Positions 1 to 16,740 are shown, numbered from the stretch's first letter. The stretch: DNA of 64,000 nt from Octopus sinensis (GCF_006345805.1 NC_043023.1:11780001-11844000), one strand, 5' to 3'. The notes: generated by a model not told the origin, from the letters alone. Made by a program: numbers and translations.

Positions 1-252
1 ACTTGTTGGATTCATTCCAGCGTTTTTCTTTGTCCCTTTCAATTTTTTTTCAAATTTTCACCTCAATAGACGTCATTGATTGGTTGAAATTAAGAAATTT
101 TAGAGTAAATATCTTACAAACCATAGAATTTTCTCAAAAAAGCCAAGAGAAAAAGATGTTTTATAAACACATTCTTTCAGTATACGAAGTTTAAAATTTT
201 TTCGTTACCTAGTAATTATTTAAAAATTCTGCCGTTCAAATCGAAAATATCC
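1..252 (+). mobile_element. Right part of a non-autonomous DNA transposon (MITE family M1), cut by the window edge
   Basis: Matches the distal half of the complete copies at 15602-16189 and 33550-33962 and ends in the terminal repeat CTGCCGTTCAAATCGAAAATATCC. Confidence 0.85.
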
Positions 253-329
253 CAAATTTCCTCCAAATTATATGAATCTAAACATTTTTTATTCCTTTTT
301 ATATGATTGTATTTAAATTCTCCAGTAGA

Positions 330-341
330 GCCATCTATTGG
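330..341 (-). promoter_or_regulatory. CTCF-like (or YY1-like) motif at the 5' end of ZNF gene A
   Basis: Reads CCAATAGATGGC on the minus strand, against the CTCF core CCASYAGRKGGC. The same motif lies at the same relative position in genes B, D, E and F. Confidence 0.5.
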
Positions 342-473
342 AGCATAGCAGAAATACAATCGTGTAAAGGGAAATAACCACACAACACCTCAACCTCGCT
401 TCTTTTAAATTCTTAATTAAGGTCCTTAATTACTGATTCACTGACTCGTTGCTTATTTGTGAATACGGTAAGT
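342..473 (+). other. Putative non-coding first exon and splice donor of gene A (GAATACG/GTAAGT, intron 468-2433)
   Basis: Strong donor consensus. A homologous exon and donor precede B, D, E and F. The acceptor TTTCAG/AATATC at 2433/2434 is conserved in all six genes. Confidence 0.7.
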
Positions 474-758
474 TGACAAAGATTTACTTTAAGGCTGTAA
501 AGGTGATACTACTACTACTACTAATAATAATGTAAATGATAGAATTCTGTGAACTTCTCGATGTTACAGTAATTATTTTTCGAAGCGGGAACCTGACAAT
601 AATTAGGAAAATATATTTGCTCGTCTTAATTAATAACTTCCAAACTGAAATGTTGATTACATACTTTTTTTGTTACCAAATTGTTTTTCGGGGACTGTGG
701 GATATAGTAGAATTTCGGGTAAGTTTTTATACTTTCACCTTTCAATAAGGAAAAACAA

Positions 759-978
759 CGGTTGTCAAGCAATGGTGGTGGGGAGGGACAAACAGACACA
801 CAAACACACACACATACATATATATATATATACGACAGGCTTCTTTCAGTTTCCTGAAGGCATTGGTCGGCCCGGGGCTATAGTAGAAGACACTTACCCA
901 AGGTGCCATGCAGTGGGACTGAACCCGGAAACATGTGGTTGGTAAACAAGATGCTTACCACACAGCCACTCCTGCGCC
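759..978 (-). mobile_element. tRNA-derived CORE-like SINE, partial (family S1)
   Basis: Head GGCGCAGGAGTGGCTGTGTGG with A/B-box-like motifs, CCTTGGG core segment and internal (TA)n. Many copies in the window. Confidence 0.85.
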
Positions 979-1249
979 TATTTATTTATATTTTCCTCAA
1001 TTTTCTTTGCTTTCAATTATGTTTTTTCTCTCTCGTTTAATGAATTATGGTAACCACCTAATGTGCCACGAAACACTTTTTTTGGGGTGGGGTCGAGAAC
1101 CCACGGAAATTTCACCCTCCAACCATTTTCATATATTTTTTACTGTTTGTTTCATTACAAATATTTTTAGATACCATTTTGCAGAAATACGTTTTCGAGA
1201 GAGTGTGGATTGCATTAGCAAGGAGCACTTCGTCAGTTGCGACGACGAG

Positions 1250-1600
1250 GATCAACGGAACAGCTTGCTCATGAAATTAACTTGCAAGTGGCTGAGTACT
1301 CCACAGACAAGCATACCTTAACGTGGTTCTAAGGGCCTACTCTGGCTCCCTATTGGTTACACCCATGAGAGTCCCAGCTGATATGATCAACGGAACAGCT
1401 TGCTTATGAAATTAACTTGCAAGTGGCTGAGTACTCCACAGACAAGCATACCTTAACGTGGTTCTAAGGGCCTACTCTGGCTCCCTATTGGTTACACCCA
1501 TGAGGGTCCCAGCTGATACGATCAACAGAACAGCTTGCTCATGAAATTAATGTCCAAGTGGCTGAGTACTCCACAGACACGTGTACCCCTAACGTAGTTC
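1250..1600. repeat. 135-bp tandem repeat (about 2.6 units)
   Basis: Units start with GATCAAC at 1250, 1385 and 1520 and are nearly identical. Confidence 0.9.
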
Positions 1601-2150
1601 TCAGGGAGATTCAGTGTGACAAGGCTGGCCCTTCGAAATACAGATACAAGAGAAACAAAAAGAAAGATTGAGAGAAAATTGTAGTGAAAGTGTACAGGAG
1701 GGTTCACCACCACCCCCTGCCGGAGCCTCATGCGGCTTTAGGGGTTTTCGCTCAATAAACACACACAATGCCAGGTCTGGGAATCGAAACCGTGATCCTA
1801 CAACCACGAGTCTGCTGCCCTAATTACTGGGCCATTGCATCTTCACAAGATGAGAACTCCATCAGTTACAATGATGAGGGTTCCAGCTTGTTCATGAAAT
1901 TAACGTGCAACTGGCTGAGTATTCCACAGACACGTGTACCCTTAACGTAGTTCTCAGGGTGATTCAGCGTGATACAGAGTGCGACAAGGCTGGCCCTTTG
2001 AAATATAGGTCCTACTCATTCTTGCCAGCTGAGTGGACTGGAGCAATGTGAAAAAAAGTGTCTTGCTCAAGGACACAATGCACTGCCGGGAATTGAACTC
2101 ACGGCCTTATGATCGTGAGCTAAATACTCTAACCACTAAGCCATGTGCCT
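1600..2150 (-). mobile_element. Two tRNA-headed SINE remnants in intron A
   Basis: tRNA-like heads on the minus strand near 1750-1830 and 2055-2148 (GGCTTAGTGGTTAGAG...GAGTTCAATTCCC, followed by GTGTCCTTGAGCAAGACAC). Confidence 0.7.
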
Positions 2151-2856
2151 TCATGGATTACACTGGATTTAAAACAGTAAGTGAAAATGCTGAGGTTATA
2201 GAAATTAGTGGTAACAAAGTCTAGGAAAACAGATAAATAATTAGAGAAAGGTAGAGACGATTCATCTATATACAGAATGTTGTAAAACTTTCGATGACTC
2301 AATGGATTCTGACCAATGCATATAATAAGAATTTAAATGGATGACAGTGTTGATCTTGTAAGATTTGCAATGTTGAATTACTATTTCGTTTAATGATTCT
2401 CTTTATCTCACTGCTTCTTTTTTTCTATTTCAGAATATCACATCATGTTGACGTTAAAGAAATTTCTTCATTCAGATGTGCCTCCCATATTTTTATTGAC
2501 TTTCATCAATTAAAGGAAGACCATGTATTCATAAGGCACATTCATCAATGCATCAACTTCTTTGTATAAATAAATTCTTCAACAAAGAATTGGAAAATAT
2601 TCTGGACAATCGTATTAACAGCAACATTTTTGTTGTCTTCACTGTCTGGAATGTAGAGGATGTGATTGCTTGGATAACTTTATGAAAGTGTTAACAGTCT
2701 ACATCTGCCATTTTAGAAGTTAAGCAAGAACACACATGAAAGAAACACAGTGTTAAATTATTCTCTGAAAATACTGACACAACTGAGCACAGATATATTC
2801 ATAGAATTGAAAAAATCATTATCATTGTGTTACGTATGAGAAATTAGTATCTTATA

Positions 2857-5890
<3,034 letters not shown>

Positions 5891-6039
5891 TATCATACTT
5901 TAACATCCATTTTCATTGCAGGCATAGATGGGAAAGTGTGACAGATGCTGGCAAGTCAGAGTGCTTCTCCGTGTTCCAGTCAGACCTGGATTGTGTAGTT
6001 CTATATTTGAGAGATTCGGAATTATGTACATTATTTACT

Positions 6040-6240
6040 TTAGACTGATATGTGTCCTCATCTTGTTGTTAACACAGTATTTCAACTGGTATACTCTCCA
6101 GCCTTCATCAGGTGTCTTGGGGAAATACCTTAGGAACGAGAACCCAGCTTCAAAATTTCCCCAATACACCTGATGAAGGCTGGAGAATATATCAGCTGAA
6201 ATGTTGTGTGAACAACACGATGAGGACAAATATCAGTCAA
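6040..6240. repeat. Inverted repeat with Penelope-like hammerhead core motifs
   Basis: Arms of about 85-95 bp around a spacer of about 30 nt. Each arm has CTGATGA-AGGCTG..CAG-GAAA. Confidence 0.6.
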
Positions 6241-6540
6241 ATGTGGATTTGGCTTGGTTTCTTTGGTTATATGCTCTTAAGTTACATGACGCATTTTATA
6301 AATATTCCTGTTCAAGTATCGTAACTATGAAACTAGTAGTAACGCTTTCAGTTGTGCATTTAATTTGATATATAAAGTGAGATAGGGGTTATGAGTGTAA
6401 CCCACTATGGGATATCATTTATCCAATATACTGCCAGTAAAGTACCCAGAAAGGCTAATACATAAATGCTAAGAATTGCAATGCAATTAATTCATGTATT
6501 ATATGGGCAAAGGTAAAATGTTTTACCTCAAATTCATAAT

Positions 6541-6882
6541 ACAAAATAAGAAAATGAAGGAATAGATTTCTATCAATCATCAACTTCCAGATAATACCAG
6601 TTCATATAATTTATTAACTAATTATTTAGGAATATCCAGATCAAACAGAATAAAACAGTACACATCAATGAGTAAGATAATACCATAAGAACATTTTATA
6701 TTTTTATATTTATATTTATTTATATGTATTGTTCTTATGGTATTATCTTACTCATTGATGTGTACTGTTTTATTCTGTTTGATCTGGATGTTCCTAAATA
6801 ATCAGTTAATAAATTATATGAATTGGTATTATCTGGAAGTTGATGATTGAAATGAATCTGTTCCTCCATTTTCTTATTTTGT
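6541..6882. repeat. Long near-perfect palindrome (arms about 150 bp, AT-rich loop 6694-6729)
   Basis: 6541-6693 is the reverse complement of 6730-6882 with few mismatches. Confidence 0.95.
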
Positions 6883-6894
6883 AATTTGATATAA

Positions 6895-6941
<47 letters not shown>

Positions 6942-6949
6942 GACAGGAT

Positions 6950-7330
6950 GTCAGTCTGATAGCTAGAATAAGTGTATACAAGTCTCGTATTTTGAGTGTG
7001 TTTATGTCTGGGGCAGAAGCAGGGACTCACTTCGATAGGGAAATAGAAATCTCCAAACCTTTCAAATGTGGTGTATGCACCATAGCATATGCAACCAAAT
7101 GGCAAAATAAGACATCAAATGTAAAAATCTTAGAAAAATGTGATATGTCCAGTATTCAAAGCATGTTGATGAGGATTCAGTGAAGATGGGTAGGACATGT
7201 TTTTCAAATGAAATGTGAATGCTTTCCAAAAATTCAGCAGGATGAACTATTAGCGCTAAACTATTAAGCACAATCCATGCATAATTAAGCCAGCAGCACC
7301 CAGTCGAACAAACACTTCTGCGCATGCGTA
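6950..7330 (+). mobile_element. RTE-clade LINE RT C-terminal remnant
   Basis: Translates to ISVYKSRILS...KWQNKTSNVKILEK...IQ*RWVGHVFQM, the RTE end-of-RT pattern. Confidence 0.65.
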
Positions 7331-7659
7331 ATACAATAATGGTGATGTTCTTAACTGTTATATGGGAATGTAAATAGGTTTGCAAATTGTTTTTGTTACA
7401 TGTTATTCTGTGTTCTGAATGCTTTTATTTTAATAAATGTTGCTTACTGCAAGTTATGGATGATTCTTTTATGACTTCATTGCTTTCAGGCTTAGCTTAA
7501 CGTATTTTCACTCCCAACATCACAAAATGCATCTAAATAAACATTGCCGGACAGCAAATAGAGACTAGGACATTGCTTAGAAAATAATTTTCATTTGTAA
7601 CCTTGTATATAGTACGCACTAGGGATTTTGACCTTTAAATTTTGGGAAAAGAATTATAT

Positions 7660-8185
7660 AATATAATGAAATTATTGTATACAGTGCTCAGGTGCATCAC
7701 AACTTGTCAAAAGTGCATATAAAGTATATGCAGTAATGTACAAATGTCTGGGAAGTGAACAGTGTATGAGTCAGATAGATGCTTGCATGTGTATGGAGGG
7801 GAGAAAATCAGGTGTAGTGTTGGCGAATCTCAGGAAGCATGGAAGTTTTGAAGGATGCAGTGCTCCGACAACTAACAACTGATGCCGGCAGTTTGTTCCA
7901 TGCTTCAGCAACTCTTAGCGTGACAAAATGTTTCCGAAAGTCATGGGAGCTGTACTGTTTTCTGACTTTGTAAACATGTCCACGGGTGTTAGACGGGTGG
8001 AGTTTGAAAAGGTGCTCAGAGTTATTGTTAGTAAGATGGTTAATAATTTTATGGGTGTCTGCCAAGTCAGCTGCCATACGTCGGAGTTTCAATGCATCCA
8101 TGCCCAGGGAAGTAAGGCGTTCAGAATATGGCAAATGCGTGATGGAGGGTATTCTCTTGGTTGCACGTCGCTGAATGGCTTCTAG
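7660..8185 (-). mobile_element. CR1-type LINE 3' fragment (same family as the 29.3 kb and 47.9 kb copies)
   Basis: ORF 7808-8134 (RGHVYK...AWNKLP), 3' UTR and ATT-rich tail match 47907-48400. Confidence 0.9.
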
Positions 8186-8235
8186 GCGATTAACGATGAC
8201 TGTTCCTCTAATGTTTTATAACCATCCATTCAGTA

Positions 8236-8638
8236 GGCGCAGGAGTGGCTGTGTGGTAAGTAGCTTGCTAACCAACCACATGGTTCAGGGTTCAGTCTCA
8301 CTGCGTGGCACCTTGGGCAAGTGTCTTCTGCTATAGCCCAGGGCCGACCAATGCCTTGTGAGTGGATTTGGTAGACGGAAACTGAAAGAAGCCTGTCGTA
8401 TATACGTATGTATATATATATATATATATATGTGTTTGTGTGTCTGTGTTCGTCCTCCTAGCATTGCTTGACAACCGATGCTGGTGTGTTTATGTCCCCG
8501 TCACTTAGCGGTTCGGCAAAAGAGACCGATAGAATAAGTACTGGGCTTACAAAAAGAATAAGTCCCAGGGTCAAGTTGCTCGACTAAAGGCGGTGCTCCA
8601 GCATGGCCGCAGCCAAATAACTGAAACAAGTAAAAGAG
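8236..8638 (+). mobile_element. Full-length CORE-like SINE (S1)
   Basis: Runs from the GGCGCAGGAG head through internal (TA)n to the GAAACAAGTAAAAGAG end. Confidence 0.9.
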
Positions 8639-8759
8639 TTGGGGTGAGGATGTTTCCCTTGAAATATACACAGTGTCATGGGGCCGCACCCCCCCTTTGT
8701 TGTCATTAAAGCTAATTACACTTTGAATATCCCACATGTGATGTGGCATTCTATCCACT

Positions 8760-9150
8760 GAGACGTTATCTGGAGTACTCATCATGACCCACCCTTTCTA
8801 TCTCCCACCATGTTGTGGACCTTGAGATCCCTTCGGTCACGACACAGACCATGGGATTGCACCTAGAATGTTAGCCTCCCAGGCACAATTCCAGGCAAGG
8901 TTGTTTATGGAAGACCAGCAGTCGCCCATGCATACCGCCCCCCCCTCTCCACGCCACCAGTGTTATCCAAGGGAAAGGCAAAAAGGTCCGATACAGCTTG
9001 GCCCCTGTGACGTTGCAGCTCATTTCTACAGCTGAGTGAACTGGAGCAACGTGAAATAAAGCGTCTTGCTCAAGAACACGACACGCAGCCCGGTCTGGGA
9101 TTTTAACTGACAACCTCATGATCGTAAGCTTGACGCTCTAACCACTGAGC
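8760..9150 (-). mobile_element. tRNA-derived SINE (second family)
   Basis: tRNA-like head at about 9060-9150 on the minus strand with a GTTCTTGAGCAAGAC segment, similar to 2055-2148. Confidence 0.6.
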
Positions 9151-9182
9151 CCGGACCATAAGCTGTACGTAAAATGAAAAAA

Positions 9183-9585
9183 AGCAGTGAGCTGGCAGAC
9201 ACGTTAGTGCGCCGGGCGAAATGCTTAGCGGTATTTCGTCTGTCGTTACGTTCTGGGTTCAAATTATGCCGAGATAGACTTTGCCTTTCATCCTTTCGGC
9301 GTCGATAAATTAATTATCAGTTACACACTGGGGTTGATATAATCGACTTAATCCGTTTGTCTGACCTTGTTTGTCCCCTCTATGTTTAGCTCCTTGTGGG
9401 TAGTAAAGAATTAGGTATTTCGTCTGTCGTTACGTTCTGGGTTCAAATTACGCCGAGGTAGACTTTGCCTTTCATCCTTTCAGGGTTGACAAATAAAGTA
9501 CCAGTTTCGCACTAATCGACTTAATCCCTTTGTCTGTCCTTGTTTGTTCCCTCTATGTTTAGCCCCTTGTGGGCAAGAAAGAAAT
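9183..9585 (+). mobile_element. tRNA-derived SINE with Meta-like domain, partial tandem dimer (family S2)
   Basis: GAGCTGGCAG A-box, GGTTCAAAT B-box and a GCCTTTCATCCTTTCGG..GTCGATAAA segment. The body is repeated. Confidence 0.75.
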
Positions 9586-9617
9586 ATATATGTAAAATTA
9601 ACCAGGAACAAAAGCGT

Positions 9618-9983
9618 TACTCTTTTACTTGTTTCAGTCATTTGACCGCGGCCATGCTGGAGCACCGCCTCCAGTCGAGCAACTCGATCCCGGGACTTAT
9701 TCTTTTGTAAGCCCAGTACTTATTCTATCAGTCTCTTTTGCTGAACCGCTAAGTAACAGGGACACAAACACACCAGCATTGGTTGTCAAGCAATGCTAGG
9801 GGGACAAACACACACATACATATATAGATACATATATACGACGGTCTTCTTTCGGTTTCAGTCTACCAAATCCACTCACAAGGCATTGGTCAGCCCGCGG
9901 CTATAGTAGAAGACATTTGCCCAAGGTGCCACGCAGTGGGACTGAACCCGGAACCATGTGGTTGGTAAACAAGCTACTTACCA
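9618..9983 (-). mobile_element. CORE-like SINE (S1), inverted relative to 8236-8638
   Basis: Reverse-complement match to S1. Confidence 0.9.
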
Positions 9984-9985
9984 CC

Positions 9986-10189
9986 AAACATTCTGTGCCA
10001 TATGAATATGTCCCTAGTTTAAGAAACAGATTGGGTTTATTTACATTTGTGAAGAAAAAAAGATACCCTTCCCATCCCCCCAACCCTAAAAAATTGAAAT
10101 GCAATAGATCGATACTAAGGTCATAATTATGGGTGACAATTTCATATGACACCAGTAGAAAAAAATTGCCGTTCAAACCGAAAAGATGC
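9986..10189 (-). mobile_element. MITE M1, partial
   Basis: Reverse complement of the left half of M1, including the terminal repeat TTGCCGTTCAAACCGAAAAGAT. Confidence 0.85.
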
Positions 10190-10680
10190 AATTTTTTATT
10201 ATTGTACAGAATCCCCCTTTCATCACAAGTTACAATATGGTCGAGAAATGGATCAGCCTGGTTACAGAGAAGAAGTGATGAGCAAATTTGATATCTATGC
10301 ATTTTCTGATTTTCATTCAAATCCTGTGATATCCATCTGTCAAGCTTTTTGACTTTTCAATTGCATGGAAATGGCTGCAGTAGTTTTCTACCTTGTAGTT
10401 CTTTTGCCATTCCTTGAGTGGTTTCACGTGGATCTCTCTCAATGAGTCTTTAATTGATAACAGATGGACATCCACTATACTCATGATCTTTATGGCTCAG
10501 GTCTCCACTCTGAAATTGTTTAAACCATTTTCAATCTGACCACTCACTGCTCATTTCCTCACCGAATGTTGCGTTGATATTGTGAGCAGTTTCAGCTGCT
10601 TTACGTCCTTTTTTGAAGTTGAATAACAAAATTGCTCGAATATCGCTCTTTCACACTTCCATTTCAGATTATTGTAACAG
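10190..10680 (-). mobile_element. Decayed mariner transposase
   Basis: Translates to IRAILLFNFKKGRKAAETAHNIN... and NENQK..R.QICSSLL..DPFLDHIVTCDE, with stops and frameshifts. Confidence 0.85.
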
Positions 10681-10959
10681 TGAAAAAAATATCAATGTTA
10701 ATTTATTGGAGCATTTGGACAAGTCTATTACTCTTTTACTGGTTTCAGTCATTTGACTACGGCCATGCTGGAGCACTGCCTTTAATCGGGTGGTTAGGGT
10801 ATTTCACTCACAACTGTAAATTTATCGGAGGAGTTACATTAGTTTTATCAGGAGAATTCAGGCAGACATTACCAGTCATTCCAAGACAAACAAGACCTAA
10901 TGAAATAAAAGCATGCATTAAGTCTTCATACCCATGGAATAAAGCACAGACACACATAT

Positions 10960-11407
10960 ATATACTCTTTTACTTGTTTCAGTCATTTGACTGCGGCCAT
11001 GCTGGAGCACCGCCTTTAATCAAGCAACTCGACCCCGGGACTTATTCTTTTTTTAGCCCAGTACTTATTCTATCGGTCTCTTTTGCCGAACCGCTAGGTA
11101 ACGGGGACATAAACACACCAGCATCGGTTGTCTAGCAATGCTAGGGGGACAAACACACACACGCATACATATATATACATATACACATATATGACAGGCT
11201 TCTTTCAGTTTCCATCTACCAAATCCACTCACAAGGCTTTGGTCGGCCCGAGGCTATAGTAGAAGACACTTACACAAGGTGTCACACAGTGGGACTGAAC
11301 CCAGAACTATGTGGTTGGTAAACAAGCTACTTACCACACAGCCACTCCTATATACATATATGACGGGCTTCTTTCAGTTTCCATCTACCAAATCCACTGA
11401 CAAGGCT
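10960..11407 (-). mobile_element. CORE-like SINE (S1) with partial second head
   Basis: Match to S1. The (TA)n-linked head segment is repeated at about 11350-11407. Confidence 0.85.
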
Positions 11408-11740
11408 AGTACTACTAGCGAACAGTGGTCCCGGTGCGCGCACTCGCGCAAGCTAGTCGATCCTACAACTTTTCAACCCTAACCCTAATTTTTTAACCTT
11501 AAACCTAATTTTTTTACCCAAACCCTAACCTTTGTTTATAAAAATAATCTATTTACTTCGTTTGAAAAATCATTTACTTCGTTCGAAAAATATTTAATTT
11601 GTGTAAAAAAATTATATACATTGTTTTAAAAAATAATTTATTCTGTATTTTATTTACTTTGCTTGGTAGTTGTAGGATCGACTAGTCACGACTAGCTAGC
11701 GTGAGTACGCGCACCGGGACCACTCTTCTAAAATAGTACC
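11408..11740. mobile_element. MITE family M2 with telomere-like tract
   Basis: Long terminal inverted repeats (AGTGGTCCCGGTGCGC...CTAGTCGATCCTACAAC and its complement) and internal AACCCTAACCCTAA. No TSD visible. Confidence 0.8.
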
Positions 11741-13079
11741 CAAATTAATTTACTTTGTATGACATGTAACATTCGATCATAGGTTTCCATAAACAACAGA
11801 TCGGTACTACGGATCTTTTCTTTTTGATGGACGGAATTTTCTAGTTAACTAAAAAATCTGAAACTTCGTATACTGGTAGAATGTGTCAAAAGAAAACATT
11901 ATTGTAAACAAAATTGTAATTTGTAAGTTTAACGTAGTTTAATTCTTCGAATTTTAACCAACGAAATCCCAGCATTTGAGTTCAATTTATTTTCTGCATC
12001 TAAGTAAACAACACACACGTGTTATTCATCCTTTGTCTTCTGTCTTCTGCATGTGCTAGAAATAATCGATGAATTTCGTCGCCCAATAAAAATATTAACG
12101 ATATTTTTTGGACTTTTAAAACATGTTCGTATTTGTTCCGCTTTCGCAGGACATCAATTGTTTTTTGCAGTTTCCACGCATTCTCTTGTTATTTCCTATA
12201 AAGTCATGCCTAACGCACCACTTACATACTTCACACATATATACAACAAAAACACGCACACATGTAGTCCATGTGCCACCAGTTCCTACTTCTTAATGTG
12301 GTACCTTCACCAGGACTTTTTATGTGACACCATCATTAGTGCTTTTCCGTTTGTATGGCACCACCACCAGTGATTTTAATGTGGCACCCACAGCAGGGTT
12401 CTTATTCCTTATTTCTTTATTGCCCACAAGAGGCTAAACACAGAGGGGACAAACAAGCAGATTCAGTCGATTACATCAACCCCAGTGCGTAACAAGTACT
12501 TAATTTATTGACCCTGAAAGTCGACCTCAGTGGAATTTGAACTCTTATTATGTTTTTTACCTCAATAGACGTCATTGATTGGTTGAAATTGCAGAAATTG
12601 AAGAAAAAAAAAACAACAAATATCTTAGAAACTATAGAATTTTCTCAATAAAGCCAAGAGAAAAAATGTTTTATAAACACATTCTACCAGTATACGAAGT
12701 TTAAAAGTGTTTAGTTGATGAATATGGAAGGTGCTGGTAACACATCTCAGCTGAGCTGCAGCAATTTTTGTCTGGTTCTGAAAGCATCAAGTGCTGAAAA
12801 TGAACTTTCTTATCTTCCATTTTAGAGGGTTACGGAATTAACACAGGTTATAGGAACATAAACCTTCTTTCACGAAAAGATAGCTTAAACTGTGCTCTAA
12901 ATGGAAGTGTAGTCAAATCCTATTTTATGGACTCAACCATGTTCTAAAATAAGTCGAAAGGTAAGCTACTATAAATCGGCATGAACATTCTGGACAACCC
13001 CATAGTATTGTATGGGCGTGCCATTGTGCCAGTTGAGAGATTTAAAGTATAGAGGAGACAATGAACAAATAAAGAGTAA

Positions 13080-13437
13080 CGTGTGGTAAGTAGCTTGCTT
13101 ACCAACCACATGGTTCAGGGTTCAGTCTCACTGCGTGGCACCTTGGGTAAGTGTCTTCTACTATAGCCTTGGGCCGACCAAAGCCTTGTGAGTGGATTTG
13201 GTAGATGGAAACTGAAAGAAGCCCGTCGTATATATATATGTGTGTGCATGTATGTTTGTGTGTCTGTGTTTGTCCCCCCAACATCGCTTGACAACTGATG
13301 CTGGTGTGTTTACGTCCCCGTAACTTAGCGGTTCGGCAAAAAAGACCGATAGAATAAGTACTAGGCTTACAAAGATTTGCTCGACTAAAAGGTGGTGCTC
13401 CAGCATGGCCACAGTCAAATGACTGAAACAAGTAAAA
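13080..13437 (+). mobile_element. CORE-like SINE (S1)
   Basis: Match to S1. Confidence 0.85.
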
Positions 13438-13459
13438 GTGTGAAGAGTAAAACAAACAC

Positions 13460-13940
13460 AAAATGGTTAGAGTATAAATTTTTTACTAATTTTTCTTTAA
13501 TGAATTCCTCAAAATCCAACCACAGGCATTTTCAGTAATTAAGTTATCTCAGAGTCAACAGTTTTTACTGATGATCAAAAATTTGAGGTTTACATTGACA
13601 TTAATGAAGTTGATGTAGGGAAAAAACCCGTCTTATATATTTCTTTACTACCCACAAGGGGCTCAAAACAGAGGGGAAAAACAAGGACAGACAAATGGAT
13701 TAAGTCGATTACATTGACCCCAGTGCGTAACTGGTACTTAATTTATCTACCCCGAAAGGATGGAAGGCAAAGTCGACCTCGGCGGAATTTGAACCCAGAA
13801 CGTAGCAGCAGATGAAATACGGCTACGCATTTCGCCCGGCGTGCTAACGTTTCTGCCAGCTCACCGCCTTTCAAACTCCATCTTATAGCAGACAAAAAAG
13901 TCTTAATTATTGTCATGTAAAAAATTTTGACATTCATACA
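13460..13940 (-). terminator. 3' trailer of gene B, interrupted by an S2 SINE (about 13640-13870)
   Basis: Homologous to the trailers at 5160-5400, 21290-21470 and 51740-51900. Confidence 0.55.
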
Positions 13941-14111
13941 GTTACACTTGTGTGTGTGTGTGCATGTGCACTTCTGGAGAAAACGATTTTCCACAGATGT
14001 CACACTGAGATGGCTTTTATCCGGGAGGAATACATTTATGTACATTTAAGTTAGGTCAATGGGAGAATGATTTACCACAGATATGACCACGAGAGTTTGT
14101 CTCCTTGTATA

Positions 14112-14735
14112 AACGTGTTCCTATAGCTATGGTAAGACCTCACCTGGAATTTGCATCACCAGTTTGGAACCCCTATCTTGCCCAGGATATTAATCGTCTG
14201 GAAACCGTTCAGCGACGTGCAACCAAGAGAATACCCTCCATCAGGCATTTGCCATATTCTGAACGCCTTACTTCCCTGGGCATGGGTAGATTGAAACTCC
14301 GACGTCTGGCAGCTGACTTGGCAGACACCCATAAAATTGTTAACCATCGCACAAACAATAACTCTGAGCACCTTTCAAACTCCCCCCGTCTAACACCCGT
14401 GGACATATTTACAAAGTCAGAAAACAGAACAGCTCCTTCCATGACTTTCAGGAACACTTTTTCATGCTAAGAGTTGCTGAAGCATGGAACAAACTGCCGG
14501 CATCAGTTGTTAGTTGTCGGAGCACTGCATCCTTCAAAACTTCCATGCTTCCTGAGATTCGCCAACACTACACCTGATTTTCTCCCCTCCATACACACGC
14601 AAGCATGTATTTGACTCATACACTGTTCGCTTTCCAGACATTTGTACATTACTGCATATGCTTTATACGCACTTTTGACAGGCTGTGGTGCACCTGAGCA
14701 CTGTATACAACAATTTCATTATTATTATTATTATT
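14112..14735 (+). mobile_element. CR1-type LINE 3' fragment inserted among fossil fingers
   Basis: MVRPHLEFASPVWNP...; 3' UTR ends in (ATT)n at about 14735. Degenerate finger sequence on both sides. Confidence 0.9.
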
Positions 14736-14779
14736 AAAAGATCTATTTTCAGAAAGTGAATCACTACAGATTTGCAATG

Positions 14780-16189
<1,410 letters not shown>

Positions 16190-16379
16190 GAATAATTCGT
16201 CATACATGTCACAATGATGTTTGTATTCAGGCGAGTCACTATTTTCAGGGAATAATTCAATGTTATGTTTCTTCAGTCCGTAACTTTGCTTATCTAAAAC
16301 AGTAGATGTAAACTGCCAACTCCTTCGCAGTAATCCAAGTTTAATTAACCTTAAAAATGTTTCAGTCCGCAAGCTGCAG

Positions 16380-16740
16380 CACCACCATTGAATGAGCTAC
16401 ACTAATATGTGAAACCACCTCTGATACGTGGCACTTGGTCAACAAGGGAGTTCGGCACTGCTACCTGCATGTGTGTTTCCTGCTGAGAGGTAGGTTCATC
16501 TGGAACCCCTAACAAGAAGAGATCAAGTTTAGTTTTAAAGAAACCCACATCCACACCATGCAGGTCTCAAGCATTTAGGAAGGATATTGAAGAGCTGTGG
16601 TCCCCTGAAACCCAAGCTGTTGCAGTATCTGGTCCTGTATTTTTTTTTCCTTTTTTCAGGTCCTGTATTTTGATTATGAAAAGAATAATTTCTTTTTCCT
16701 TTTTGTAAAGCAATCACCTTCTCCACATTCCAGACAGCGA
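16380..16740 (-). mobile_element. CR1-like LINE 3' fragment (different family)
   Basis: Translates to RYCNSLGFRGPQLFNILPKCLR, followed by a KLDLFLLGVPDEP-like segment. Confidence 0.65.

Noticed and set aside
8236-8310. tRNA-like sequences
   Set aside because: These are SINE heads with A/B boxes followed by SINE bodies. No complete cloverleaf could be supported.
12000-13080. Possible transposase fragment or unique gene
   Set aside because: No recognisable motif or sustained ORF. Left unannotated apart from SINE and MITE scraps.
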